DNA of 64,000 nt from Heterodontus francisci (taxonomy: Eukaryota), in contig NC_090382.1 in the NCBI RefSeq assembly GCF_036365525.1, forward strand, positions 45,969,678 through 46,033,677. The letters run 5' to 3'. Each line of letters starts with the position of its first letter. Within the stretch, counting starts at the first letter, position 1. The notes under the pieces were generated by a model. The model did not search any database. It was given only the letters and a program-made list of their open reading frames with translations, and was not told the origin of the DNA. The translations under genes were made by a program, and so were the position numbers. Shown one piece after another: positions 26,006 through 37,916 of this stretch.

Positions 26006-26935
26006 TGTTACGACCGAGATTAAGGGAATACACTGTCTTTCTGTAGTTCCACTACTCCACTGGTCACAACATAGGTTGTTTTACCCAGTTACCGATACGT
26101 CCAATTATATATTTTATCTGTTAGTTTCAGAATAAAAATCCGCCAACCAGGTTTCTTTAATAAACAAAATTGTTGATTTATTATAAAACAAGACTTACTC
26201 AATAAAGACAGAAGTCTTATTAATACAGTTCGAAATATGAAAGTATAAATATCTACACTTCTAAAATAACCTAACACACACATACCGATTAAAGAAAAAA
26301 ATAAAGAAAAATGAAAATACTGGCTCTGCAGAGATCAACTTTAAAACAAAAGACTTTGGCCAAGTTATTGTCAATTCTTGAAGAAAAGGCTAAGATATGG
26401 AATGTTCCAGATGACCTTTGGTCTGGCATTCAAGTACACATAGACAGCTGTTACTGGAATCATTCTGGAGCAGTTCTGTTCAGGACGTCGAGGTGTAGTC
26501 TTGCAGGCATTTCAGGAGAATTACTGCATCAGTGGTTTCAGCTATCACACTGAATTCTCAAAAGATTTTTCAAAACAGGTGGAAAAGGATGAGTTGGGTG
26601 GCTTCTCTCTCAGCAGGCTACACACCAACTGAACATTTAAACAGTTCAAGACCCCAAAACAGAAAAATAAAACTTCTGACAACCATAAGCTTAGACGTGG
26701 GACTTCTCCGTAAACAACTCCAATAGCCGGCAAGATTCCTTATGTTTATTTTATTGCATTCTCTCTTCCAGTAAGTGTTTTAAAAAAAATCCAAAGTGTC
26801 CTTCCAGTAACCTTGCTAAATAAAAAACAAATCCAGGCATGCATCTCCTCAGTCTCTTTCAAATGAACCAACTTTCACAACCTTTTAAACACGAGTCCTC
26901 AAAAAAATATTAATAATGGAAGCACCTTCATGGCA
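26006..26935 (-). mobile_element. Solo LTR, second family, related to 33669-34595
   Basis: TGTTACGACC...CATGGCA; shared blocks such as CCAACCAGGTTTCTTTAATAA; interrupts the transposase cleanly. Confidence 0.8.
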
Positions 26936-27814
26936 CATGGCACACAGATCAGTGACGCCCTCCCTGGAGAGGCGGAGTCTTCGGAGACACTGCTGTTTGG
27001 ACGTCTGCAGGTAGTTGGGCCTCGGCTGGTAGACCTGTCTGGAGGGTAGCATCTTCTGCACACAGGAGGCTGTTGGCGTGCTCCTCTGTGTCATTCTCTG
27101 GTATCCCGTTCCCGAGACTGGCCCTCCTATGGGTCCTGAAATTGCTGGCATGTCCCTGCCTGTACCTGAACTTCCATCCATCTATGCTGCTGCTCCTCCT
27201 CCTCAATGGGGGGATCCGAAGCCAGGGTAAATAAGGTCCATGACAGGTTGCCTCTCCGAGTGCAAGGCCTTCATAGCAAATGTACCCCCCAACACTTTCC
27301 CTTATTTTTTACCTCTGATGTGGTGGCACTACCCCGATGGCACCCCCACAGTGCTGGCACATTACCTCCACTCCTGAAATCAAATCCTGATGCCCTCCCT
27401 CCACCACCCTCACTGCCAAGTGATGCTGCCTCACTCAATGGCTTCCCAGTGAAGCCAGCACTGAGCTCCCACCTCCTTGTTGCCTCCTTTAACAAGGCGA
27501 GGCTCTGAAGTCCCATGGTTCCCAAGCGACATTAGTTAAATTGGACCAAGTGAATGAAATTGCAGTCTATTGGGCTCTTAAATACCTTAAATTGAATGTA
27601 TGACGTTCACCCTCCATGTTGGCTGCCAACAATAAAATGCAGAAGGGACGTTAAAACTTCGACCTTCTGACCCGATGTCTTCCGTCCTGATTTTATGCCC
27701 CACCCCGCCTCTGTTCCCGTCTCAACAGTCCCTTTAAATTCAGCCCAACGTTTCAGGTTGATGACCTTTCATTAGACATATCACCATTTTATTTTGTTGC
27801 TAATCTATCCATTA

Positions 27815-28110
27815 AATCACAGAATCGTTACAGCGCAGAAGGAGGCCATTCAACCCATCGTATCTGCACCAGCTGTCCAAATGAGCAATTCACTTAGTGC
27901 CACTCCCAGCCTTCTCCCTGTAACCCTGCATATTCTTCCTTTTCAGATAAGACTCTAATTCCCTTTTGCTTCAATTGAACCTGCCTCCACCACACTCTCA
28001 GGCAGTGCATTCCAGACCTTAACCACTTGCTGCATGAAAAAGATTTTCCTCTTGTCGCTTTTGCTTCTTTTACCAATTACTTTAAATCTGTGCCCTCTTG
28101 TTCTCAATCT
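27815..28110 (-). mobile_element. CR1 3' fragment
   Basis: Tail CAGAATCGTTACAGCGCAGAAGGAGGCCATT; decayed WNALP motif on the minus strand. Confidence 0.8.
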
Positions 28111-31100
28111 TATCAGATGTGTTCAGGTAAGGCCGCACCAGAGAAGGAGAGCTTCAATTAGGAGGTACCTGGCTGTGCAGGTTTATTAGCCCTGAATCAC
28201 TTTATTCATCTAAGTGAAAAGCAATGCTTGTGGACACTCCAGCAGGAAGGTGAGAAGGGAGTCATCGCACCTGCTGGAGTGGAACTGCAACCCCATTTAT
28301 AAATTGGCACTGCACTCTGTCAGTCAAGATCAGCATGGCACTAAATTTGTATGCCAGTGGAGGCACTCGTATATCAGCCAATCTGTTTTGTGTGCCCAGC
28401 AAGTTCAGATACTTTATTTTCAGGGAAAATCACTACATGGTTTTCCCTATGAATGCGAGAGCAGCAAGCAGATACTCTTAGCTTGTACTGATTATTTACT
28501 TTAGCCAATGAACGGCTTAAAGGTAGGATTCAAATAGGGCATGTGTTCTCCTCCAGAGAGGAGACCCCTTGCATGAATACAAAGGGGTACTGCACTATTA
28601 TTGCATGGTTAACATGTAACAACAAACATAAAATAATAGAGGTGGAGGCTAGTTTTCTTAGTAGCTGACATGATTCCTTTAACAACGGACAATCCCCTAG
28701 ACCAATCCCTTTCAATGAGAGCCAGGGGCTAAAGGGTTGGCTGCCAGGGAACCTTTGCTACCCTCTAATTACAGAACTTAGGATACTTTCCAATGCAGCA
28801 AAGCAAAACATGATAAAGTTCAAGATTCCACAATAGTGGCCACTGAGAACACCACTGTGATCTAAAGAAGTTGTTCTAGCACTTGAATTGTTGCAGGGGT
28901 GTGGCAAATGGCCTACTTCTGCTCCTATTTCTTATGTTCTTATAAGACTCCTGAATGACTACAAGGCAGTTAGGCTCCGACTGGCTGAACCATTTTCAGA
29001 AATCTATTTCATGACTTTCTCTTAAAAACTGCAGTACAACATAACACCATAATTCTATCCCTGCATTTTGATCTTACACTGCAAGAAACCATTCTAAAAC
29101 ATCTACAGACATTCCCTGCAATCACTGCTCCACTTGTTACAAATGCTATTATTACCTCTACTATTACATGGACTTTACATCCAGCATATACATGTGCCAA
29201 CCCATTTATTGCACAGATATGTGGACTTTACGACCACCTGGAGTAGTTGAGCCAGTTAGCAGATATGCCAGGTCTTTGAACATAGATGCATTTAGAGGGA
29301 AGATAGGTATATACATGAGGGAGAAAGGAATAGAAGGATATGTTGATAGGGTGAGTGAACGTAAGGTGGGAGGAGGCATATGTGGACCATAAACACTGGC
29401 ATAGACCAGTTGGGATGAATGACCTGACTCTGTATTGTAAAATCAATGTAATTCTATATATTCAAATTGCGAGCATTAAATGAAATTTTTTCCACTACAG
29501 TCCTTATCAACAATGTTGTCTTTTGTGCATGACTTTCTAGTCTGATGTTCTGTATGACTGGTGCCATAGACAGAGGATAGCTGCTGTTAATCAAACTCCA
29601 GGACCTGAGGTGGCTTTGATCCCTCTCTAAGCTCGCAGACCAGATGGCCTGGCTTCAAGCTGCAGGGGCAGCCTGACTCATGTGTGATCAACCAGGTTGG
29701 CTGCTTGCTGTAGAAGTACTATGATCTGGATAGACTGCACAAACATCCACTGTCTGTTCCCACCTGTCCCTTTTCCTGGCCCCGGTGATGTTTTGAAATC
29801 TGAGGATTTGCAGACCTTATAACATTGAGCAAGGTGCCACCATGTTTCTCCTGTTTTAAGGAACCTTTTCTGGAAACTGTTCATTGAGGAGGCCACAGTA
29901 TAATGGGCGGCCTGTATTCCATTATTTATGAGCGAGCCCAAGACTAGCAACAAGGCCTCTGCCTTGAGGGACTGTGCAGGCGTTGGCCATCTACTCAGAG
30001 TCTTTCTGTCAGTTTTCAATTTGTTGCAACGGCACCCCACATATTGGTCTGCAATACATATTGCCATGTTTGCAAGTTGCTAGGCACATTACCCAAGATT
30101 TGCTACAGTTTATCAAGCAGCAAAAACATTCTTCTGGGGAAAGAAGCTTTTGATGGAGATGCCCTTTCCCATATTGAGGGGAGGGGCTTTGTTCTCCTGT
30201 ACTCTGTGACTCCACCCTTATATCCCTTTTGTGGGTGTTACAGGGTTGTTGCATGGTAAGTCACAGAATTGTGATAAGTGTCTAGTGAGCTTCTCTGCAG
30301 GTTCTGAGGAGAGTGTGGGTTCTGTTTGTTGAGTTGTACCTGTGAAGACCAAAGGACAATAATAAAAGCTATTGTTCATATTTTCCAAAAAAAAAAATCT
30401 GGCTACTGCAGTAGTTTCATTTTCTATAGCATGTTATGAATGTGGAATTTGTGTATATTGGCAGAGAGGGAAGAGCTTGGAAATATGTATACTCTGGAGG
30501 AATCTTTTCCCTGATTCACTATCTCCAGCCTCTCCTTCAAGTTACTACCCTGCAGTACACAAGTCCTTTTCTTAAACTCCGAAACTCCACGAGGGTAGGT
30601 TATCAGTTGCTTGCTTTTGAGTATCACACTTCCTCTGCAGAAACATTCAAAAACCCTCAGTAACGAGAACAATACATTTGTGCCTGAGATCCACCTAAAT
30701 GAGTTAAAGGCTGTTCCTGTGCATAATGAAACTGCAGACACTATTGCATGAGGTAGCTACCTGCATTTTAGCATTGCTAGTACTTTTCTGGAGTCAAGAG
30801 CGTATAAAAATGTCACAAAGGATTGAATCGTAGGTTATTATAAGACTGTGATAAATGGTGACTCCAATTTACTGAGAAAGACAAGATAACTTTCCGGTAT
30901 GGGGTAGACAAGGCTATTACCAAAGGGCTTCAATATATAGATTTACTTTTTCCCTTCCTGGCATGGTCCTTTTTTCCTGCATTGGAACCATATCATTTTC
31001 TTTGCACCGTGATCTGTGGGCCACAGCTTTTGAGACCCTTCTGCCCATGATGGGGAAACGAGGCACTCTGCTTTTGATATACTTCCTACAGCAATTGCTA

Positions 31101-31250
31101 TACTGCCTCATCACAGCCCAGCTCTGCTTTCCCACATGGTGATGGATTTCCCACTGCCTGTCATGAGTTCTTGCCCTATGGCTCTTTATTATTAAAAATA
31201 GTCTGCTGGCAGAGGGGAAAAAAACTTCTCAAAAGCATGGCAGGAAATAT
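28110..31250 (-). mobile_element. Possible highly decayed DIRS-like (tyrosine recombinase) retroelement
   Basis: Weak minus-strand remnants YPFVFMQGV, PTFKPF and AKSICLLL in the order expected for a DIRS recombinase; very degenerate. Confidence 0.3.
29270..29460 (+). mobile_element. CR1 3' end fragment
   Basis: DAFRGK...YMREKGIEGY plus 3'UTR. Confidence 0.7.
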
Positions 31251-31289
31251 GTAAATGAGTTTCAGGCTTCCAAATTGTGAAGCTGCACC

Positions 31290-31995
31290 CCAGGAAGAAT
31301 ATTTTGGCCTTAGAAGGACGTACTGGGCAGATTCACCAGAATAATACAGGAGCTTAAAGTGTTGAATCTTGATGACTGGCTGCATAAACTTGGTTTGTAT
31401 TCCATTTAGTTTAGAAGGTTGAGGGGTGATCTAATTAAGGTGTTTAAAAATAATGAAGGGATTTTATAATGTATATACAAATAAACCATTTCCTCTGGTG
31501 GAGGAATCCAGGACAAGGTGGCAAAATTATAGGCAGGCCATTTAGGAGTGAAATCAAGAAGCACATTTTGAGCTGGTGGAAATCTAGAATTCGCTCATCA
31601 AAAGGCTGTAGACACTGGGTCAATTGCTATACTGTCTCATCACAGCACAGCTCTGCTTTCCCACATGGTGATGGCCTCCTAAATGGCCTGCCTATAATTT
31701 TGCCACCTTGTCCTGGATTTCTCCACCAGACGAAATAGTTTATTTGTATATACATTATAAAATCCCTTCGTTATTTTTAAACACCTTAATTAGATCACCC
31801 CTCAACCTTCTAAACTAAATGGAATACAAACCAAGTTTATGCAGCCAGTCATGATTGAGATTGATATATTTTTGTTGAGTAAATTAATCCAGGGATATGG
31901 ACCAAAGAAGTTAAATTGAGGTACAGATCAGCCTGATCTAATTGAATGTCAGAACAGGCTTAAGGGGCTGAATGGCCTACTGATGTTCCTATGAA
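31290..31995 (+). mobile_element. CR1 3' fragment containing a local inverted duplication
   Basis: RRLRGDLI, RPFRSE, GGGGCTGAATGGCCTAC tail. Confidence 0.85.
31372..31852. repeat. Inverted repeat with 177-bp arms (31372-31548 / 31676-31852) and a 127-bp spacer
   Basis: Arms are near-perfect reverse complements when read directly. Confidence 0.95.
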
Positions 31996-33668
31996 ACTTT
32001 TCTCAGTCACAGTGTTTCCTCCATAGGTTTTCCCAATGCCCCTTTAAGCAGGCAAGGGCCTTTAAAGCCTGCAGTTGTGTTGCAATTTACAGTATCTTCA
32101 TGATCAAAAACCTCCACATTCGCTCACAGAACACTGACCACGTATGTGATAATGTGCCTCAACAGGATACTGAGGTGCTTCTGATTCTCTGAGCACAGAG
32201 TACTTCTGGTATGCTGCCAACAAGTTACATACACCAACATAATCCCTGGAAAAATTGGACTTAGACCTTGTATATGAGATTGACGATTTATCTATGTGAC
32301 GTCTTCTAAGTACAAAGTGCACACTGCTGCAGAATTCATATTCATGATAAGGTTTGAAGGTACTATGATAGTGTTAAGTGGAAATAATAGTAAGATTTAT
32401 AAATGTTTAGTACATTGTGTTAATGGAAGGTAATTGTGGGGGTCGGTGGGTGTGGGACGGGAAACGGTGGTTTGTTGTCCTGCCTTGGCTGATCTGGTAA
32501 GGTCAAGTTTCTTTTGAAACTGCACCCAAGTGTATTTTATAGTGAAGGTAGCATTTATGTTAGTTTCCACCCCCTCTCATTCTTCCTGAGCAGCTCTTCA
32601 AATCTTATTTTGCCCATTGCTTAGGAGGGCCTCTTGTGTGCCTCACTTTCTCCAGAAGAATATTAAATGGTTCCAGCCAAGAAACAGGTTGCCCTCTGTC
32701 CTCCTGGACTCATTACAGATATATCTTTCTAAAGCAGCTTGCTGACTTTCAAATCTGCAAATCATCATGCTTCCTCCTTGAGTTGGTGCTGGAGCATCTA
32801 TCTCATTTCCCATCCACCAACAGACCCACTCACAATCAGAGACAGTTTTCATGACAGGATCATGTTCACATTACATGCTTGCATTGGTTGGGAACTTCTA
32901 TCTGTATAATAGCCACCCTAGAATTGATAGCATCAGTTGAAGGCTGCTTTTTTCTGAAATGAAAAGAGCAATATGAATCACTTGAAGAAGTAAACTTGCT
33001 AATACAAACAAAGGCTGCACAACTATGCATATATCACTTGGTGGAATAGAATGACGTAAAATACTTTTGATAAGATAGAAAAGCAATGTATTTTTGTGAT
33101 AGCTAGTGAACAATCTTTCATAACTGGTCGTAAGACATCTCTTTCCAGCCAGTTGCAATAGTTCAGAAATATCCTCATTGCCTCTTTTTTGTTTTATTTC
33201 TAGAAAGGTACTTCTAAATTCAAATTAACAATAATCTTGTATGAGACGATTCAATCATATATGACTAATGCTTGCTTCTTTCAATAGGCAGTTTCACCAA
33301 AATATTTAGCACCCGGTATTCCGATATCACAATGCAAGGTAATCAACAGCCATACCCATATATAAATACAACATAATTGAGTAACTCTCATTGCTTACTT
33401 CAGCACTTTTCTTCAAATCAGACACCTTCTCCCTCTCCCAAAGGTGGTAGGTTGTGGAGATCACATTGATCTCCCTGATGATTGTCTCCCATGTTCCTAG
33501 ATGCTCTGCTTGTCAGTACATTGTCATTCAACTTGCTTAGTCATTCACTCCTGACATCCACAAAAAAAATGAATGGACAATTAAGTAAAGTAACCTTTTC
33601 TATGCCTTATTCCCAATATCAAAACCCAAATTTGTAGTCTTCATATCTGGATTGAGCATTCTTTGTAG

Positions 33669-34595
33669 TGTTACGACCAAGGTGGGAGGAGCGCACTGTT
33701 TATTCTAGTTCCACTTCTCCACAGGTCACAAGATATATTTAAATCTTTTCCCACCTATCAATACAGTCAATCGTAGACTTTATTTTTATCCTAGAATAAT
33801 ACACACCAACCAGGTTTCTTTAATAAGCAACAAAATTATCAGTTTATTATAAAACAAGTCTTAACTAATATTGAAGCAAAGCATAAACACACAGATCAAA
33901 ATATTAAAGTTCCCTTTTTATCTTAGGCGCACAGGCATGCACACACGCACTGAAAAAAGCAATTTAGTCTTCAGAGCTCTAGCAGAAAACCCCCCCCAAA
34001 AAATACACGGGCCAAAATACTTGCTAATTCTTGAAGAAAAAAAGAGAAGATAGGAAAATATGTCAGAAGTCCTTTTTGGTTTGGTGTCCCAAATACATGT
34101 AGACAGCTGTCACTGGGATCTTCCTAGAACAGTTCTTGTCAGGCGACGTTGAAGATCAGTTTGGGTAGGCTTTTCAGGGAAAATGCAGTATCAGGGGTTT
34201 CCAGCACTTTCTTACACTTGCTTCTCAAGTGATGGATAAATAGCATGCTTTTTCAAAGAGCTGGAACAAACTGAGGTGGGGGTTTGCATCCTTGGCAAAT
34301 TTTCTGCAACTGTCTTTTCAAACCAATGTCCATACCCCAACTCACTATCCAAAGTGAAACCAAAACAGTGCCACCTGAGTCAAGCCTCCCGACCCCTATA
34401 AATCTTGACCTGCCTCTTCTCTGTAAACATTTTCCCCAAGTCAAAAACAACCCTGCTGGGTAATTATTTGAAGACAGCTGCCTCTTCCAGTAACTGTTTA
34501 CAGTCCAGACCTCTATGACCCTTGTAAAAAAAAAAAATCCATGGGCTCCTTTTAAAACACAAATCTTCAAAATTTAACAAAAAGCACTCACAACA
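33669..34595 (-). mobile_element. Solo LTR
   Basis: TGTTACG...CACAACA termini; exact 4-bp TSD GTAG; minus-strand AATAAA near 33843. Confidence 0.9.
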
Positions 34596-34628
34596 GTAGT
34601 GTTTGTGACTTTTAAGGGACTAATAGTA

Positions 34629-35144
34629 GTCCTCGAGGCGGCCAACATCCCCAGCTAATACACACTACTGAGTCAGCGGCGCTTGAGATGGCTTGGCCAT
34701 GTGAGCTGCATGGAAGATGGCAGGGTCCCCAAGGACACATTGTACAGCGAACTCGCCACTGGTATCAGACTTACCAGCCATCCATGTCTCCGCTTTAAAG
34801 ACGTCTGCAAACGTGACATGAAGTCCTGTAACATTGATCACAAGTCGTGGAAGTCAGTTGCCAGCGATCGCCAGAGCTGGCGGGCAGCCATAAAGGCGGG
34901 GCTAAAGTGTGGCGAGTCGAAGAGACTTAGCAGTTGGCAGGAAAAAAAGACAGAAGCGCAAGGGGAGAGCCAACTATGTAACAGCCCCGACAACCAATTT
35001 TTTCTGCAGCACCCGTGGAAGAGTCTGTCACTCTAGTATTGGCCTTTATAGCCACTCCAGGCGCTGCTCCACAAACCACTGACCACCTCCAGGCGCTTAC
35101 CCATTGTCACCTGAGACGAGGAGGCCAAAGAAGAAGAAGAAGAA
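34629..35144 (+). mobile_element. RTE 3' fragment with (GAA)n tail
   Basis: Closely matches 18640-19143. Confidence 0.9.
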
Positions 35145-36314
35145 TAGGTGCTTCAGAATCATGGTTACAATTTTTTTTTACCAACTGGCTGCTCAGCAGT
35201 GTCAGCTAGAACAGTCTGATTAAGCCCATGTGTTCTTGTGATTGCAATAACTGTAATGTGAGAAAAAAATTACCTTGAATTTAACAGAGTGCGCTAAGCA
35301 AATTAAATCCTCAAACCCATTATAAGGAACTATTTGAAACCTTTCTATTGACATAACTGCTTTGTAGATTGTATTAAAAATGCTAAATGATTATATTCTG
35401 AAGTAGTTCTTTCTTCAACATTCGCAGAATGGGACTTTAGTGTCATGTATAGTTCTATCAATAGTCAGATTACAGTGTGAGAGGTACCTCCCAGCTCTGA
35501 AGATGATGCTGAGATCAATCCTTCACCTCCTTTGTCGTGGCTGCAGTAACCTTTCACAACCGAGCTAGCAGTGAACCATGGGTGAATGAATTAATGGAAC
35601 TTTGATTCTTGGCTCATGCTGTCAGCTAGTTCATTGAAAGCACGTAAAACCACTATCTTTTGTTCAAGCTCATGTTTATCTGTATTGAGGCACTTTAAAA
35701 ACACAAAATAAAATGTTCTCTGCTGAAACAAATTGCCACAGAAGTTAATGTACTGATGATCCTTGAGGATGAAAAAACAAAAATGTTAAATTCACCATTG
35801 CTTTTTCCTTGTGAACTATTATTTGCTTGTAACTGAGCATGTGAATAATTATTCATATGAACTTTCTCTTTGTGATGCAATAAAAATAAATTAAATTACA
35901 GGTCCTCTTTAATACAATTCACAGAATGAATGTCAGGTGGGGATTAAACGGGCTGTTGATTCACTATGAGCCCATTTGTGCTGCTGGTGAAAAGCAATAT
36001 TATCTCCCAGATATCTTCATGTTTGGGATCTCATAAGTTTTTTCAAGATAACACCTTGTGAGAATAAAATGTGCTAAATTTGTTAGTAACTTAGACATTT
36101 TCTTTCAGACTTCAAAGTTTGGTTAAAAAAAGTAGCAGGGAATGCTAGGAATTAGAAACAAAAATACAGCAAATGTTGGAAACGTACAAGAAGTCTGAAT
36201 TAACAATGTATGCTAATGTGACAGATATGACCCTTCATCAGAACTCAATCCTACCTGAAACTTGAGCCTATTTGTTTCTACATCTGATGCCGATGAATCT
36301 GTTTTGTATTTTCA

Positions 36315-37650
36315 GGATTTTCTGGGAACAAAACGGTGGGGTGTGGGTAGATGGGGGGGTGGTCCTTGGAGCTGCAATGCGCGATTAATCCCGGCCTGTT
36401 GCTTCCGATGCCGGGAGCAGGCAAACTTAATGCTGGCTGCTCATTAAAATGATAGGGGCAGCAGCCCAGCACTAAATGTGCTGTTGAGTAGCTGCAAGCC
36501 TCTGCAGGGGGCCCAGGTTTGTGTGAGGCTAGCACCACTTAGAGCTAGCCTGCACCACTTAAAGCCAGTCAACATCTTTTAAAGGGGAAGTGCATTCTAG
36601 GTGTAGCAGGTGCTGGAAGTGGCTGGGGAAGAGTGTCTGACTTTCAAGAAGGGTGACTGTGGTGCAACACGGGAGAGAACATTCTCCAAGATTTTTAGAA
36701 GCAGTACTGGGGGTCTTGGTGCTGGAGGTGAAGAAGAAGAGAGATGTCCACAGGGGGCCAGGAGGTCCGCCAGACAGACATTGTGAAGGTAGTGGGATCA
36801 GATGGCTATTGTGGTCAGTGCCAGCAGTGTAGCCCTGAGAACCAGGATGCAGTGCCTCAAGAAAGTCAATGACTTCATACAAGTGGTCAAGGTCAGTGAA
36901 CGCATCTTCAAATGCCATATTCAACTGCTCAATGCATCACACCTCCATCACTTACCTACCAACAATCTCTATCAATCACAACTCATCACTAAAATTCATA
37001 GTTTCACCTTGTCCTTACAGACTTAGCACTGCAGCAAGCCTCACACCCAAATCTTGCACACATTTCCAGCTATTCAATCATGAAAGCCATATCACCCAAA
37101 AGATTACACCATCCTCACTGACACACTTAACTCTCTCTTTCAGGACAAAATGGCACATAAGCAAACAGCAGTACCTAACCAGCAGAGGACATGCACAGCT
37201 GCATATCCTTATCCCCATGGAGAAGACAGTGCTCGCCATCATTGGAGCAGCCATGACTAAGGCCGTGGCCTGTGGTGGGGCTGAAACCCATTGAAGATGG
37301 TAGTTTTCTCATACCTAATCATCCTTCTCACATCCCACTTACTCCTCAACCCAAAGTATTTTCTGATTTACAAGCTGCAGGTGGTGTAACCATGCAGTTT
37401 TTGCTTTTCACCTACTCCCACCACAGCATTTCTTCTTTCAGATACCCAAAAACTGAAACCTGAACAGGCAATGCTGGAAGGGCAAGAGGTGGAAGCACAG
37501 CAAAACAGCATTAAAGAAGAAACACCATCATCGGCTCTCACACTCGCAGCCACCAGCTCAGACACTTTAGAGGGTGGCTTAGAGGCGGGATCTGCACGTG
37601 GTGAGTCACTCAGCATGAGTGTGTTGCAGCCACGGCAAGGGGCAAGGGAC
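36315..37650 (+). mobile_element. Harbinger remnant with intron-containing Myb/SANT gene
   Basis: PRFLEAVLGVLVLEVKKKRDV...WDQMAIVVSASSVALRTRMQCLKKVNDF; donor AAG|GTCAGT ~36892; acceptor TTTCAG|GAC ~37143. Confidence 0.7.
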
Positions 37651-37916
37651 ACCTCCCCTTTCAGTTTAAATCAACAGAGATCTCTGTTCAGTTCATGCTG
37701 GCCCAGCTGTGCCTGTGTCTCAAAAAACAGTTTTTCAGCTAATTTCAAAAATTAATCGCAACAGTAGACCTCAAAATTGGTTGCATCCAACAGCAACCTG
37801 AATGCACCTTCTCGATAACTCTTGAGGCTTGCTTGTTCTTAAAGCAGTACTGATCCTTTGCTGACTTAAAGACACACTGCATATTTCCCCCCCAAAAAAA
37901 CAGTAGGATCATAACA
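37650..37916 (-). mobile_element. LTR 5' fragment, same family as 41493-42224
   Basis: Reverse complement TGTTATGATCCT...AATATGCAGTG matches the start of 41493. Confidence 0.7.

Larger units (their letters stand above)
24640..27120 (-). pseudogene. HARBI1-like transposase, split by a CR1 (25150-25650) and an LTR (26006-26935)
   Basis: QCLRRLRLSREGVTDLC; ALNFYATRSFQ; HDP; IRLLKMRFQCLGKSGGALQY; VVACCAL. Confidence 0.85.
21181..27746. mobile_element. Complete-ended PIF/Harbinger transposon, decayed, with three nested insertions
   Basis: TIRs AGACTGATTTT / AAATTCAGCCC; exact 3-bp TSD AAC; Myb remnant on +, transposase remnant on -. Confidence 0.85.

Noticed and set aside
35478-35550. Selenocysteine read-through of the TGA in the candidate terminal exon
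   Set aside because: No convincing SECIS was seen and the exon itself is unverified.
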